A stretch of DNA of 64,000 nucleotides. It comes from Macrostomum lignano (Eukaryota). Positions 33,966-45,755 of the stretch are shown here, in pieces. The notes beneath the pieces were generated by a model. That model saw only the letters and a program-made list of their open reading frames with translations, was not told where the DNA came from and made no database searches. Positions within the stretch are counted from its first letter, which is position 1, and every line of letters begins with the position of its first letter. Location: NCBI GenBank assembly GCA_002269645.1, contig NIVC01000020.1, positions 186,001 to 250,000 of the forward strand, given 5' to 3'. The translations under genes and the position numbers were made by a program.

Positions 33966-35111
33966 CAAAAACCCTATACCCTAACTGTCAATTTCAACTG
34001 TTTAACACGAATGAAAGCTCTGTAGATTCGTGGCGCACTGCAGATCCATAAAATAGGAGACTCAAAGAATTCAGTAATAAATGATGCACTTGTAATCACA
34101 GTAATTTTAATGTGTTCGTGCATGAAATCTACGGTAGAATTTACTTAAGTCCAGTCCCAAGCAACTGAGGATTGTGAGTTCCCCACTTAGTCTCTCTTGC
34201 GCAAGAGTCCCCCAATGCGAAACGCCCTAACTAAGCTCATCATTTGACTGGGACTGGTACCTTTTTTTGCCTGGCATAGTGTCACTGATTTTCGAGAATC
34301 GTTATACATGCTTTTTAATCGAATAGGACCGTTAGCCCCGTCTCGTGAGTAGAGGCTTCTTGGGATGTACATACGCAAATGCTGGTGGCAGCTGCGTCTT
34401 TAAAGCATGTTACAAACACCCTTTTGGTCCTCCCTGTGGGACTTCGACTGCAACGCCACATTCAATGTCCAAACCATATCATCCTCTCACGGATGTTTCA
34501 AGAGACTAAGGCCTGATTCCTGTAGCAAGCGGGTACAGAAGGCTCTTTCGAAGTTTTCCTCGACTATTGTAATAAATTAATTCGTTCGATCCCAGCTAGG
34601 GGCTCTATCTGGTACTCGTAGCTGCCGCGGTGGGACGGGTTGGCGAAGAGGAAGATTGCATTATATTTTAGGCTCCAATTCGAACTCCAACCAATCAAGG
34701 ACTACTCAAGTAACATATATATAGGACGCTACACTCGAAATCTTTGGTAAATGTTTTGAAGGCAACTTTTCACCGAAAAATACACTACAGAGATACGAAG
34801 GTTTTCATTTTTCAGCACAAAAATTGTTATTGCTTTTGATAGGAGGCAGATTCAGTGTTCATCTTTTGATATGTTGTGCCTTTCTTATTGCTCTATCGAT
34901 ATTCATAAAGCTTTTCGTTCAGAAATAGTTTTAACTAGCAGGTTGACCCGCTTTGCGGGTCCCAAACAATTTTTCAAGCAAGCACTTTTCTTGATCTTTG
35001 ACAACCCGCGAGAAGACAGAAATATCAGCCAGAGACAGCCCTCTAAAAAACAGACACATGAAGCAGAGACAACCCGCTAGAAAGCAGGTAACAATTTTAC
35101 CCGCTCCACGG

Positions 35112-35317
35112 TGTAATGACTCAAGACTCAGGCAGTGTTTTATGGCGTGCGAGAAAAAGCCTTAACCCTCCAAGTAGGGTGAGACGATATTTATATTTGG
35201 AAGCGATCTGATTGCAACGTGCACAATTGAGCCGCGTGCCTTACGTACATAAGTTGAGTAGCGACATGTACGTGCTAATACAATGTTCAAGCTAGTACTG
35301 GCCAGAGTGGCATTACA
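35112..35317 (-). repeat. 3' LTR (206 bp)
   Basis: Near-identical to 39435-39639; adjacent polypurine tract GAGGAGGAA (minus strand, 35318-35326). Confidence 0.97.
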
Positions 35318-35427
35318 TTCCTCCTCGAGTGGATTAAAAGTAACGGTGAAAACACAAAGGGAACCATAAAAAGTGACTAACAGTTCATGCATGTGCAGTC
35401 CATTTGAGAGACAGTCAATCAATCAAG

Positions 35428-38112
35428 TCAATCAGCTTCTGCGCAGGTCGGGCTCTTTGTAGTTCCTCTCCGGGTCCTTTGCTTGCCGGGGATGCGGCCG
35501 GGCAGCGATCGGCTCCGTGGGCTCAGGGGGCCAGGCGGCTGGAGCGGCTGCCCTTCGGACTGCTTAGGCTGCTCGGACAGCCGCTTGACCTGCGTAGCGT
35601 GCCTGCGGCAGACGACCTCGTCGCGCTGCATGAGCAGGGAGTCGCCCTGGACCTCGGCCACGGTCCATGGCACTGGCTCGTAGAAGGCGTCGGTCTTCTG
35701 CCGGGATTGCAGACGCCTCAGGACGCGGTCGCCCGGACGGATGGCGTGGTCTGCTGCCCTGGAGCGTTGGTCGGCGAGCCGCTTCATCTCCTCTTTGGCC
35801 TGGCGGTCGCGGTCGGCGATGGCCGCTCTTGTCGCGTCGATGGGCTGCGAGTGTTGGAGGCTCGGGATCACGTCGTTGATTTGCCTGCCAAATAGCAGAC
35901 TAGCCGGTGCGACGCCTGTGGCGCAGTGTGGAGTGCGCCTGTACGCTGCCAGGTATTCGTCCAAGGCCAGCGTCCAGTCCCGACCTTCGAGGACCGCCGC
36001 GCGAATAGCCTTGTTCAGCCCCTGGTTGCACCGCTCCGTTGCGCCGTTGGCCTGAGGGTAGAGAGGCGTGATTCGATGGTGCCGGGCGCCCTGGTCCGCC
36101 AGGAAGCTGCTGAACTCGGCCGATGCAAAGGGCGGGCCGTTGTCTGTAGTTACCTTTGTCGGCTGCCCGAAGATGCTGAACCACCGGCGCAGCACCTTGG
36201 TGACGGCGGAGGCGGTGGTGCTGGGCATGACCTCCACGAGCGGGAACCTGGAGAAGTGGTCCGTGCAGACGAGCAGCGACTTGCCGCTTACTGGTCCGAG
36301 GAAGTCCAGCCCCAGCTCGAGCCAGGGGCCCTCCGGTAGTTCGGTCGGCTTGAGTGGCGTGGATTTCGGCGCGGTCTCGCGGGTGCAGGCCTGGCAGCTG
36401 ATGCAGGCTGCCACGTGCGCTTCTACGGATGCTCGCATGCCGGGCCACCAAACCTTCGGTTGTAGGCGGTCCAGCGTTTTTCTGACGCCCTGGTGGCCCT
36501 GGTGGGCCAGCTGCAGGCACCGGTACCGCAGAGCCGTCGGCATGTACAGTTGGCTGCGGCACAGCAGCAGGCCGTCCAGCTCGGACAACTCGTGGGCCAC
36601 GCCGTGCAGTCCCTGTAGGCGCGTGTCGCTCTTGTCCCACTGGTTCCCGCGGATGGCGTGCAGAGCTGCTTGGACAGTGGAATCTTGGTCGGAGGCGGCC
36701 TTGATGATGGTCAGGCTGATGGACACCGGGGTGGCCGCCCGCACTGCCGTGGCCACGTAGATCGCATCCGCCTGCTCACCGACGTTGTTCGGCGGCATTG
36801 GCAGCGGCTGGCGGCTCAGGACGTCGGACGGATTGCCGGCTCCGGGTTGATAAACCACTTGGAAGACCAGGTCTTGCAGTCGCAGCGCCATGCGCTCAAT
36901 GCGGGGCGGCGGCCGCGACCCCGGGCTGAACAGGGATACCAGCGGCTTGTGGTCGGTGATTACCTTGAAGTTGCCGCCGCCGCTGAGGTAGTGATGAAAC
37001 TTCAGGCCACCGTACTTCACCGCGAGCGCCTCCCGCTCCGTCTGGGAGTAGCGCTGCTCGGTCGGGCTCAGGCTGCGGCTCGCGTACGCCACCGGCCGCG
37101 TCGATCCGTCAGGTTGGACTTGGGCGAGGATGGCGCCGACGCCTGTGGGGCTGGCGTCCACGATTAGCTGGGTCGGAAGCTTGCTGTTGAAGAATGCCAG
37201 CGCCTCGCTGCTGGCGATCGTTTGCTTAATGTCCTTGAACGCGGCCTCCTGTTGCTCACCCCATGTCCACTCGGCGGCCTGTCGGGTCAGCTCTCGGAGT
37301 GGCCGAGCCCTGTCGGACAGGTTGCTGATGAAGCGCGCGACGAAGGTGACGAGGCCGAGGAACGAGCGGACCTCGGTCGCGTTGGTCGGCCGCTTGAAAC
37401 TGTTGATGGCCGCCACTTTCTCGGTGCTGGGGTGAATGCCGACTGCCGACAGCCGCATGGCGAGGAAATCGACCTCTCGCTGAGCGAAGCGGCACTTTTT
37501 GGGGTTCAGCGTGATGTTGCTGGCCTTCAGCCGAGCCAGGCAGTCTCGCAGGCGCTGGTTGTGCTCCTCAATGTTCTTCGCATACACCAGGATGTCGTCG
37601 TGCACCCAGCGGACGCCGGGCAGGCCGCTGAGGACGGAGGACATCACCCGCTGGAGGATCTCGGAGGCGGATGTGTAGCCCATGCAGAGCCGGCGCAGCC
37701 GTAGGAGCCCGATTGGCGTGGAGAACGTCAGCAGATCCCTGGACTCCTCGGCGACTTCAATTTGGTGGAACGCTTTGGCGACATCCAGCTCCGAAAAATA
37801 CGTCGATCCGGCCATTTCGTCGGTTACCTCTTCGAATGTGGGGATCGGCTGCTTCTCCGGGATGACGTACTTGTTCACCTCGCGGAGGTCCTGGGTGATG
37901 CGCACCTCTCCCTGCTCGGCCTTCGGGACCGCGACCATCCTGGAGCACCAGGCTGTTGGCCCATGCACCCGCTCGATGATTCCCAGGGCAAGCTGCTCTT
38001 CCAGCTCTTTGATGACGGCCGCCCTGAGGTGCACTGGCACTCGGATGGCGGTTGGCAAACTGGGCTGGCATCTGATCTCAGCTTGATAGTGATGGTGACG
38101 CCCTTCACGCAT
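35428..38112 (-). CDS. pol: Pol ORF: reverse transcriptase, RNase H, integrase
   Basis: RT ITQDLREVNK, ELDVAKAFHQI, VHDDILVY; RNase H DASPTGVGAIL, YSQTEREAL, TDHKPL; integrase HQGH...CISC, LDFLGP, TDNGPPF, NGATER. Confidence 0.93.
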   Translation of the reverse strand: MREGRHHHYQAEIRCQPSLPTAIRVPVHLRAAVIKELEEQLALGIIERVHGPTAWCSRMVAVPKAEQGEVRITQDLREVNKYVIPEKQPIPTFEEVTDEMAGSTYFSELDVAKAFHQIEVAEESRDLLTFSTPIGLLRLRRLCMGYTSASEILQRVMSSVLSGLPGVRWVHDDILVYAKNIEEHNQRLRDCLARLKASNITLNPKKCRFAQREVDFLAMRLSAVGIHPSTEKVAAINSFKRPTNATEVRSFLGLVTFVARFISNLSDRARPLRELTRQAAEWTWGEQQEAAFKDIKQTIASSEALAFFNSKLPTQLIVDASPTGVGAILAQVQPDGSTRPVAYASRSLSPTEQRYSQTEREALAVKYGGLKFHHYLSGGGNFKVITDHKPLVSLFSPGSRPPPRIERMALRLQDLVFQVVYQPGAGNPSDVLSRQPLPMPPNNVGEQADAIYVATAVRAATPVSISLTIIKAASDQDSTVQAALHAIRGNQWDKSDTRLQGLHGVAHELSELDGLLLCRSQLYMPTALRYRCLQLAHQGHQGVRKTLDRLQPKVWWPGMRASVEAHVAACISCQACTRETAPKSTPLKPTELPEGPWLELGLDFLGPVSGKSLLVCTDHFSRFPLVEVMPSTTASAVTKVLRRWFSIFGQPTKVTTDNGPPFASAEFSSFLADQGARHHRITPLYPQANGATERCNQGLNKAIRAAVLEGRDWTLALDEYLAAYRRTPHCATGVAPASLLFGRQINDVIPSLQHSQPIDATRAAIADRDRQAKEEMKRLADQRSRAADHAIRPGDRVLRRLQSRQKTDAFYEPVPWTVAEVQGDSLLMQRDEVVCRRHATQVKRLSEQPKQSEGQPLQPPGPLSPRSRSLPGRIPGKQRTRRGTTKSPTCAEAD

Positions 38113-39413
38113 CCAATGCCCTGAAAGCGGTCGCTGAAGTCGGCCAGGATGCTCTCAAGCTGTAGCTGCTTAGGCAAGTGCTGATCCTCGCATCTCGCTG
38201 GATTGGCCAGGCTGGCCACCACCGCCGAGTTCGTGCAGGCCTCTGGGCCGACTCTCAGCATACCGAGCTTCGTGCTGGACGCTCTGCCGAGGATTGGGGT
38301 GCAGCTGCTCCGGATGACAATGAAGTTCGCCTGCAGCTCGCGGTGGTTCGCCCTGACGGTGAGCGTCGTTTGACCGGCTGCCTCCAGCGGCTCGCTGGCG
38401 CCGAGCGCGAAGACTCTGGTGCTGGACGGCGCAAGTGGCGTGCCGCGGCGGCAAATTCTGCGGAACGTCGCCATGTCCAGTACGTTGCAGCTTGCTCCGC
38501 TGTCGATCAGTGTGCAGACCTGCTGACCGTTGATGCTGATGGGGAATTTGGCGCTATTGTCCTTGCCGCTGAGCGTGCAGAACACCTCGTTGACTGGCTG
38601 GTCTGCAAGCTGGTCTTGCTCGGGCTGTAGCGCGTTGATCTTCGAGCGGCTGAGGCAGGCCTTGGCCAGGTGGTTGAACTTGCCGCAGTTGGTGCACCGC
38701 TTGCCTTGCGCCCTGTTGCAGCTCCTGTGGCCCGACTCGCCGCATCGGATGCACTTCGCGGATGGCTGCGGCTGGCGCGACAGTTCCGGCGGCGGGTAGC
38801 GCTGGCGGCGCACCTGCGCTACTTCCTCAGAGGCTGCCGCTGTCCTGGACATGATGGCCGCCTGCTTTTCTGCTGCCTCGTGCGTCCTGGCCAGTTGGAG
38901 GGTGTCCGCCAGGTTGATGTTGGGGATGTTCAGCAGCCGCTTCCTCAGCGACTCGCTGCGGCAGCTGGCCACAATTTGGTCCCTGACGAGCGAATAACGT
39001 AGGCTCTCGAACTGGCAGGCTTCCGAGGCGCTCCAGAGTCTGCTGTGCCAGGCGTCTATCGACTCGCCTTCGTCCTGCACGCACTGGCGGAATTGGTAGC
39101 GGAGAAACACAATGTTGTCGCGACCTTGGAAATGCTTGGTGAACAGAGCGATCAGCTGGTCGACCGTGGGTTCGACTGTAGGTTCGCCTTCTGTTGTGTC
39201 GGTCTCTGTTGTTATGATCTCGCTATACAGGTCGCTTACTTCTTTGCCTGCCGTGTATAGGAGGATCTGGCGTTTCTGTGTCTCGTTTGTGATGCCCGTG
39301 GCCGCCAGGTAGCGTAGAAGGTTGGATGACCACTCCTGCCAGCGCTTGCTTGTGGAGTGGGGGTCGTCTCTAATGCTAAAGTTACCTGGGGCCGGCAGTT
39401 GTAGGAAGGCCAT
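37875..39413 (-). CDS. gag: Gag (Zn knuckles) + aspartic protease ORF of the LTR element
   Basis: Mag-type gag start (KRWQEW...ILLYTAG), knuckles CIRCGESGH and CTNCGKFNHLAKAC, protease LIDSGASCNV; loses the pol frame near 38045. Confidence 0.9.
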   Translation of the reverse strand: MAFLQLPAPGNFSIRDDPHSTSKRWQEWSSNLLRYLAATGITNETQKRQILLYTAGKEVSDLYSEIITTETDTTEGEPTVEPTVDQLIALFTKHFQGRDNIVFLRYQFRQCVQDEGESIDAWHSRLWSASEACQFESLRYSLVRDQIVASCRSESLRKRLLNIPNINLADTLQLARTHEAAEKQAAIMSRTAAASEEVAQVRRQRYPPPELSRQPQPSAKCIRCGESGHRSCNRAQGKRCTNCGKFNHLAKACLSRSKINALQPEQDQLADQPVNEVFCTLSGKDNSAKFPISINGQQVCTLIDSGASCNVLDMATFRRICRRGTPLAPSSTRVFALGASEPLEAAGQTTLTVRANHRELQANFIVIRSSCTPILGRASSTKLGMLRVGPEACTNSAVVASLANPARCEDQHLPKQLQLESILADFSDRFQGIGCVKGVTITIKLRSDASPVCQPPSECQCTSGRPSSKSWKSSLPWESSSGCMGQQPGAPGWSRSRRPSRERCASPRTSAR

Positions 39414-39434
39414 GGTTCAGCCTTGCGACGCCAA

Positions 39435-39639
39435 TGTAATGACTCAGGAGTCAGGCAGTGTTTGTGGCGTGCGAGAAAAAGCCTTAACCCTCCAAGTAGG
39501 GTGAGACGATATTTATATTTGGAAGCGATCTGATTGCAACGTGCACAATTGAGCCGCGTGCCTTACGTACATAAGTTGAGTAGCGACATGTACGTGCTAA
39601 TACAATGTTCAAGCTAGTACTGGCCAGAGTGGCATTACA
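39435..39639 (-). repeat. 5' LTR (205 bp)
   Basis: Followed on the minus strand by PBS-like TGGCGTCGCAAGG (39433-39421); cognate tRNA not identified; TATAAA inside the LTR. Confidence 0.97.
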
Positions 39640-40546
39640 CACGGGTCCAAACAAAAACACTATCGGTAGATTGTAACGTCTGCCATTATACAGTTTACAA
39701 CAGCACCCGTTAGACAACCCGTTTACAACAGTTTACTGTTGCTGTTAGACAGTTTACAACAGCGAAATTAAATTCAATTTTAATTACCTGCCAGGGAGGT
39801 GGACTCAGCCATATATGCTTCGGCACTGCAGTCAAATTGCAGTGATAGGCTGCTCAGTGCGCAGGCGGAGCCAATGCACAGTTGAGTGAAATCTATAAAT
39901 AGCAATTGTCTATGCAGTCCGCCAGTCAGCCCGGGTCAGGATTGTACACACGCAGCCACTGAGCATTTTTCCCTCCACACAGTGGCGCAATACTTCAATA
40001 CTTTTAAAGTGCACTGGCTGATTTCTCTCCCTTATGCAAAAAAGCAAGTTTTCGAATACTCGTATTTATTGATTATTTACAGCTCGTAGCATCAGCTCAA
40101 GAAGTTTAAGTGTAGCCTATGGCCATTGACGTATTATTATTTTATTTAAGCACTCACTGCGAGAAAAATACACTAAATAGATAGGGAAAATACAGTTTTT
40201 CAAATATTTAATCCTTTTAGCAATGAGGTAGAGCTTAATAAAATTACATGTACCGTCCCGGGCACATTTGACACTTGACACTTTTGGCGAAGAAATGGAG
40301 AAAATTGATCAGGCCAATCGGCTTAAAACGTGAAATTTCTGGACAAACAAACAAACAAACATAGTTGAATAGCTTTAGCTGGCAATTCCCCCTCTAAAAC
40401 ACGCTTTTAATATCTTAGAAAATAAAAAACTATTAAACCGAATCACACTATGTTCTATTATCACTATTATCACGCTATGTTTTCACCTAGATATCCCCCC
40501 ATATTATTCCCTATATACTACGCCTTAAATAACTCTTACTACCCCC

Positions 40547-41685
40547 TTGATATCTCTAGCTATCTCTTGATATCCCCTGCTATTCATTGACATCTCTAGC
40601 CAATCCCATCGATATCTCTAGCTATCTCTTGATATCCCCTGCTATTCATTGACATCTCTAGCCAATCCCATCGATATCTCTAGCTATCTCTTGATATCCC
40701 CTGCTATTCATTGACATCTCTAGCCAATCCCATCGATATCTCTAGCTATCTCTTGATATCCCCTGCTATTCATTGACATCTCTAGCCAATCCCATCGATA
40801 TCTCTAGCTATCTCTTGATATCCCCTGCTATTCATTGACATCTCTAGCCAATCCCATCGATATCTCTAGCTATCTCTTGATATCCCCTGCTATTCATTGA
40901 CATCTCTAGCCAATCCCATCGATATCTCTAGCTATCTCTTGATATCCCCTGCTATTCATTGACATCTCTAGCCAATCCCATCGATATCTCTAGCTATCTC
41001 TTGATATCCCCTGCTATTCATTGACATCTCTAGCCAATCCCATCGATATCTCTAGCTATCTCTTGATATCCCCTGCTATTCATTGACATCTCTAGCCAAT
41101 CCCATCGATATCTCTAGCTATCTCTTGATATCCCCTGCTATTCATTGACATCTCTAGCCAATCCCATCGATATCTCTAGCTATCTCTTGATATCCCCTGC
41201 TATTCATTGACATCTCTAGCCAATCCCATCGATATCTCTAGCTATCTCTTGATATCCCCTGCTATTCATTGACATCTCTAGCCAATCCCATCGATATCTC
41301 TAGCTATCTCTTGATATCCCCTGCTATTCATTGACATCTCTAGCCAATCCCATCGATATCTCTAGCTATCTCTTGATATCCCCTGCTATCCATTGACATC
41401 TCTAGCCAATCCCATCGATATCTCTAGCTATCTCTTGATATCCCCTGCTATTCATTGACATCTCTAGCCAATCCCATCGATATCTCTAGCTATCTCTTGA
41501 TATCCCCTGCTATTCATTGACATCTCTAGCCAATCCCATCGATATCTCTAGCTATCTCTTGATATCCCCTGCTATCCATTGACATCTCTAGCCAATCCCA
41601 TCGATATCTCTAGCTATCTCTTGATATCCCCTGCTATTCATTGACATCTCTAGCCAATCCCATCGATATCTCTAGCTATCTCTTG
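40547..41685. repeat. Higher-order tandem repeat, 62-bp unit built from 20+20+22-bp related subunits, ~18 copies
   Basis: Subunits GATATCTCTAGCTATCTCTT / GATATCCCCTGCTATTCATT / GACATCTCTAGCCAATCCCATC. Confidence 0.96.
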
Positions 41686-41864
41686 CAATTTTCCATTGAT
41701 ATACCCTGCTCTCCCCACGAAATGTCATGCTACTCTCTCGAAAATCGGGCTACCCCTTGAAAAATCATATCACATGCAATCTGCTGGAAATACTGTTCAC
41801 ATGCTGCTCTACCGACGCATTAATCGATTTTTCATGTTTAATTGGTCTTGTCATTATTTTAAAT

Positions 41865-42075
41865 GGCGCCGCAAGCACTCATTTTATCGCCGCGGGCACT
41901 CATTTTGCCGCCGCGCGCAGGCACTCATTTTGGCGCCGCAGGCACTCATTTTGGCGCCGCAGGCACTCATTTTGGCGCCGCAGGCACTCATTTTGGCGCC
42001 GCAGGCACTCATTTTGGCGCCGCAGGCACTCATTTGGCGCCGCAGGCACTCATTTTGGCGCAATTGCTTCATTTT
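41865..42075. repeat. Minisatellite, 21-bp unit CGCCGCAGGCACTCATTTTGG
   Basis: Directly visible. Confidence 0.93.
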
Positions 42076-44489
42076 GGAGCAGGAGGCAACTCAATTGCCT
42101 CCAGGTTTTTGGTATCCGCCGCGCCCAACCCCACCCCCAGGCGATTGGGGGGGGGGCCCTGGCTACGCCACTGAGTTGTCCTTGCAACCAATACGAGTAT
42201 GTATGCAGCGACCCCAGCAAGTATGTAACCCCTGTAACCCCATATAGTGACATGGGGTTACATACTGTAACCCGATATAGTTACAGTTATTTACTAATCG
42301 ATCACATAGATAGATACCTACCGGCTACCGACAAACCATTTTTAGTATAGGATTAGAGATTTAGTACATTTGGATAGTTCATGCAACGAAATAGTTTGTG
42401 AACTTCCGTTTTTAAATTTTTGCGAAAAAATTGTGAAACAAAATTTTCATCCTCTTTTACTGAATTTTGTTCATTGATCCATAACTTTTAATTATCTTAT
42501 GAAATATCGAATTTATATTTGCTTTTATTATTTTAGTTGCATATTTTTTCATCTTTTTAAATGTAAAATATAACAACAATATTCTTATTATCGTGACTTA
42601 AATTAGACATTAACTCATGTTTCCGACTTCTTTCGACAGTATATACGCCGATGTTTGTGACCAATTATTACACGGTACATGCTAGTAATCTTAATATTAT
42701 AGAATTTGAAAACGCCATTTTGTGCTTTTACGAATTATTCCTTCCAATAGGCCGAACATTAGTTCAACCTAGCCATTTTTTAACTTTGCATATTAAATTT
42801 AAAGCCCAGTTAGGGCCTTGTCTTAACCAGTTTTGTATTGTGTAAAGTAAATATAGGCCTAATAAATTATTTAACGTCCTCAGCTAAGGATTAGACCTAC
42901 CTTTTATCCTTTTGAGTTTGATACAACTGGTACAGTGAGAATGTCTACTCTTTATCTTAGTTGAACTAAAAGGTTGAAACCTTTAGCCAGCCATTGGCAT
43001 CACTAACACAATATAGGGCCTAGTATAATCTATAGACTAAACCCTAGTAAAGTTATAGCATAGTAGTAGTAGGCTAGGTCTAGTATAGGAAAAGTAAACT
43101 ATAAAAAATTAGTTTTTTGCCTAGGCTTTGTTTATAGTGGGTAGATTTTATTTTTTTATTTAGATGAGACCTTAGGCTTAGCCCATATTTTCAATAGGCA
43201 TATTTAATTTTCTCCTATTTAAAAAAAAGGAAAAGCTTGCATTCATGCTAGCTATCTGCCTAGTGTTTTACTTGTATACAAAACAGTTGTCTATCTAATG
43301 TTTTTAATTGCGTGCATGGTATTGGTAGCCATATTTTATAATATAGGATAACAGTCTACTTTGGTAACAAGTGATGACCAAATTAATAATAGATAGCCAC
43401 TTTGGTAACAAGTGCAAGGAGAATAATAGTATGTAATTGATATATTCCAAAAGAATATGCAAATAAACTTGTAATAAGTCCAGTATATTTTATATCACTT
43501 AGCATAGTTGAGGACTATTAATATTAGCTGCATATATGATTGAGTAGCTATATGCCTGTCAGACCTAGACATTTACCTAGGCTAGAAATTCTTCTGTCTT
43601 ATGATTACTAAGAATAAGATGTGCAAGCTGATACTCTGATTATATATTTTTCATGTGTGATGGTCCAAGGCTGCCATATGTTTATAAAAAAATACTATAA
43701 GTTGCATGCTTAAATGTGAGTCTCATTTCTTAGAAACAAAATCTACTTAAACAAAATATTAGAATATATTATTAGAACCCTAGAATAAATTGATGAATAC
43801 AACTATAAAAGCATATAATATTTGATTTTACTAAAGTTTAAAGAAACACAATTGCTTCAAATTCAGAATTATTAAGACTGTAACTTCTCCCGTATATTAA
43901 AAATGAAATGTCTATAGCTATGCGATAGATTTCAGAAAAATTGGCTCAACCAATTTTCTTCAAACTTGCACCATTTGATCAGAAATTTTCTTGGGACAGT
44001 ACATGCATTTTGGCTAAGAAATTGCTCAATGTTAAAGGGATTAAATATTCAAAAAACATGCTTTTTTGCAAAGGTCAAGCCAAATTTTCGACTTGAAATG
44101 CATTGTAAGAATGCTAGAGAAAAAACTGACTGACTGAATTCCAATTGTGACAAAGATTGCATCACAACAAGTTGAAAACAGTGCCGAAGAAATGCACATA
44201 CGACTTGATTTAAATTGCGTAACCATATTGCTAACTTAAATTGAGACTGATACTAGCTGACTGAGAAATTGATTATGTCATAACTTTTACTCCAATTGAC
44301 TTGCTGTAAGAATTGAATTATAAGGGCCACAATTCATGTTCTCCAATTGAAAAGAGATAGCCCTAATGCGAACAGACTAGAATGCTAATGTAGCAACCTG
44401 GGTTCGAATCTTAGTAGTGCAAAAAGATTTTTTTTATTAAAACACATTAAAAACACAACAAAACTGCTAAACATCAAAGAAGCGCAATG

Positions 44490-45436
44490 TCAAACATAGA
44501 AGAGCCAACATATCAAACATAAAAGAGTTACCATGTCAAACATAGAAAAGCCACCATGTCGAACATTAAAGAGCCACCATGTAGAATATTGAAGAGCCAC
44601 CATGAAGAACATTAAAGAGCCACCATGTCAAACATTTAGAAGCCACCATGTCAAACATTTAGGAGCCACCCTGTCAAACATAAAAGAGCCACCATGTTAA
44701 ACATTAAAGAGCCACCATGTCAAACATAGAAGAGCCACCATGTCAGATATTAAAAAAAGCCACCATGTTGAACATAAAAGAGCCACCATGTCAAACATTT
44801 AGGAGCCACCATGTCAAACATATATGTGACTTTATGTCAAACATATATGTGACTTTATGTCAAACATTAAAGAGCCACCATTTCAAACATTAAAGAGCCA
44901 CCATGTCGAACATTAAAGAGCCACCATGTTGAACATTAAAGAGCTACCATGTAAAACATTAAAGAGCCGCCATGTCAAAACATAAATGTGCCATCATGTC
45001 AAACCTAAAAGAGCCACCATGTCAAACCTAAAAGAGCCACCATGTCAAACCTAAAAGAGCCACCATGTCGAACATTAAAGAGCCACCATGTCAAACATAA
45101 ATCTGGCATGATGTCAAACATTAAAGTGCCACCATATTGAACATTAAAGAGCCACCATGTCTAACAGTAAAGAGCCACCATGTCGAACATTAAAGGGCCA
45201 CCATGTAGAACATTAAAGAGCCACCATGTCGAACATTAAAGAGCCACCATGTCAAACATTAAAGAACCACCATGTTGAACATTAAAGAACCACCATGTCG
45301 AACATTAAAGAGCCACCATGTCAAAAAGAGAAGAGCCACCATGTCAAACATTAAAGAGCTACCATGTCGAACATTAAAGAGCTACCATGTCTAACATTAA
45401 AGAGCCACCATGTCTAACAGTAAAAAGCCACCATGT
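44490..45436. repeat. Degenerate minisatellite, 23-bp unit GAGCCACCATGTCAAACATTAAA
   Basis: Period 23 visible, with many substitutions. Confidence 0.92.
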
Positions 45437-45755
45437 CGCCTGCTATCTGGGGGTGCTTGCTATCTGGGAGAGCCTGCTATCTGGGTGTGCTTGCTATCTG
45501 GTGGTGCTTGCTATCTAGGGGTGCTTGCTATCTGGAAGTGCTTGCTATCTGGGGGTGCCTGCTATCTGGGGGTGCCTGCTATCTAGGGGTGCTTGCTATC
45601 TGGGGTGCTTGCTATCTGGGGGTGCTTGCTATCTGGGGGTGCCTGCTATCTGGGGGATGCTTGCTATCTGGGGGGTGCTTGCTATCTAGGAGGATGCTTG
45701 CTATCTGGGGGTGCTTGCTAACTGGGGGTGCCTGCTATCTGGGGGGGGATACTTG
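45437..45755. repeat. Minisatellite, 17/18-bp unit GCTATCTGGGGG(G)TGCTT
   Basis: Directly abuts the 23-bp array. Confidence 0.92.

Larger units (their letters stand above)
35112..39639 (-). mobile_element. Full-length Ty3/Gypsy LTR retrotransposon (Mag-like gag), 4528 bp
   Basis: LTRs 35112-35317 and 39435-39639 (TGTAATG...CATTACA); 5-bp TSD CACGG at 35107-35111 and 39640-39644; domain order gag-PR-RT-RH-IN. Confidence 0.97.

Noticed and set aside
38035-38050. Programmed -1 ribosomal frameshift
   Set aside because: No slippery heptamer, and the position is after the protease rather than at the gag/pro junction; treated as a mutation or error.
35404-39504. Many plus-strand ORFs over the retrotransposon, and antisense ORFs over GC-rich exons elsewhere
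   Set aside because: Shadow ORFs of GC-rich coding sequence on the opposite strand.
39784-39800. U1 snRNA-like start (TTACCTGCCAGGGAG)
   Set aside because: Similarity stops after ~15 nt; no U1 stem-loops or Sm site recognised.
44385-44415. tRNA gene (GGTTCGAATC B-box)
   Set aside because: No cloverleaf or A-box found; at most a decayed tRNA/SINE fragment.
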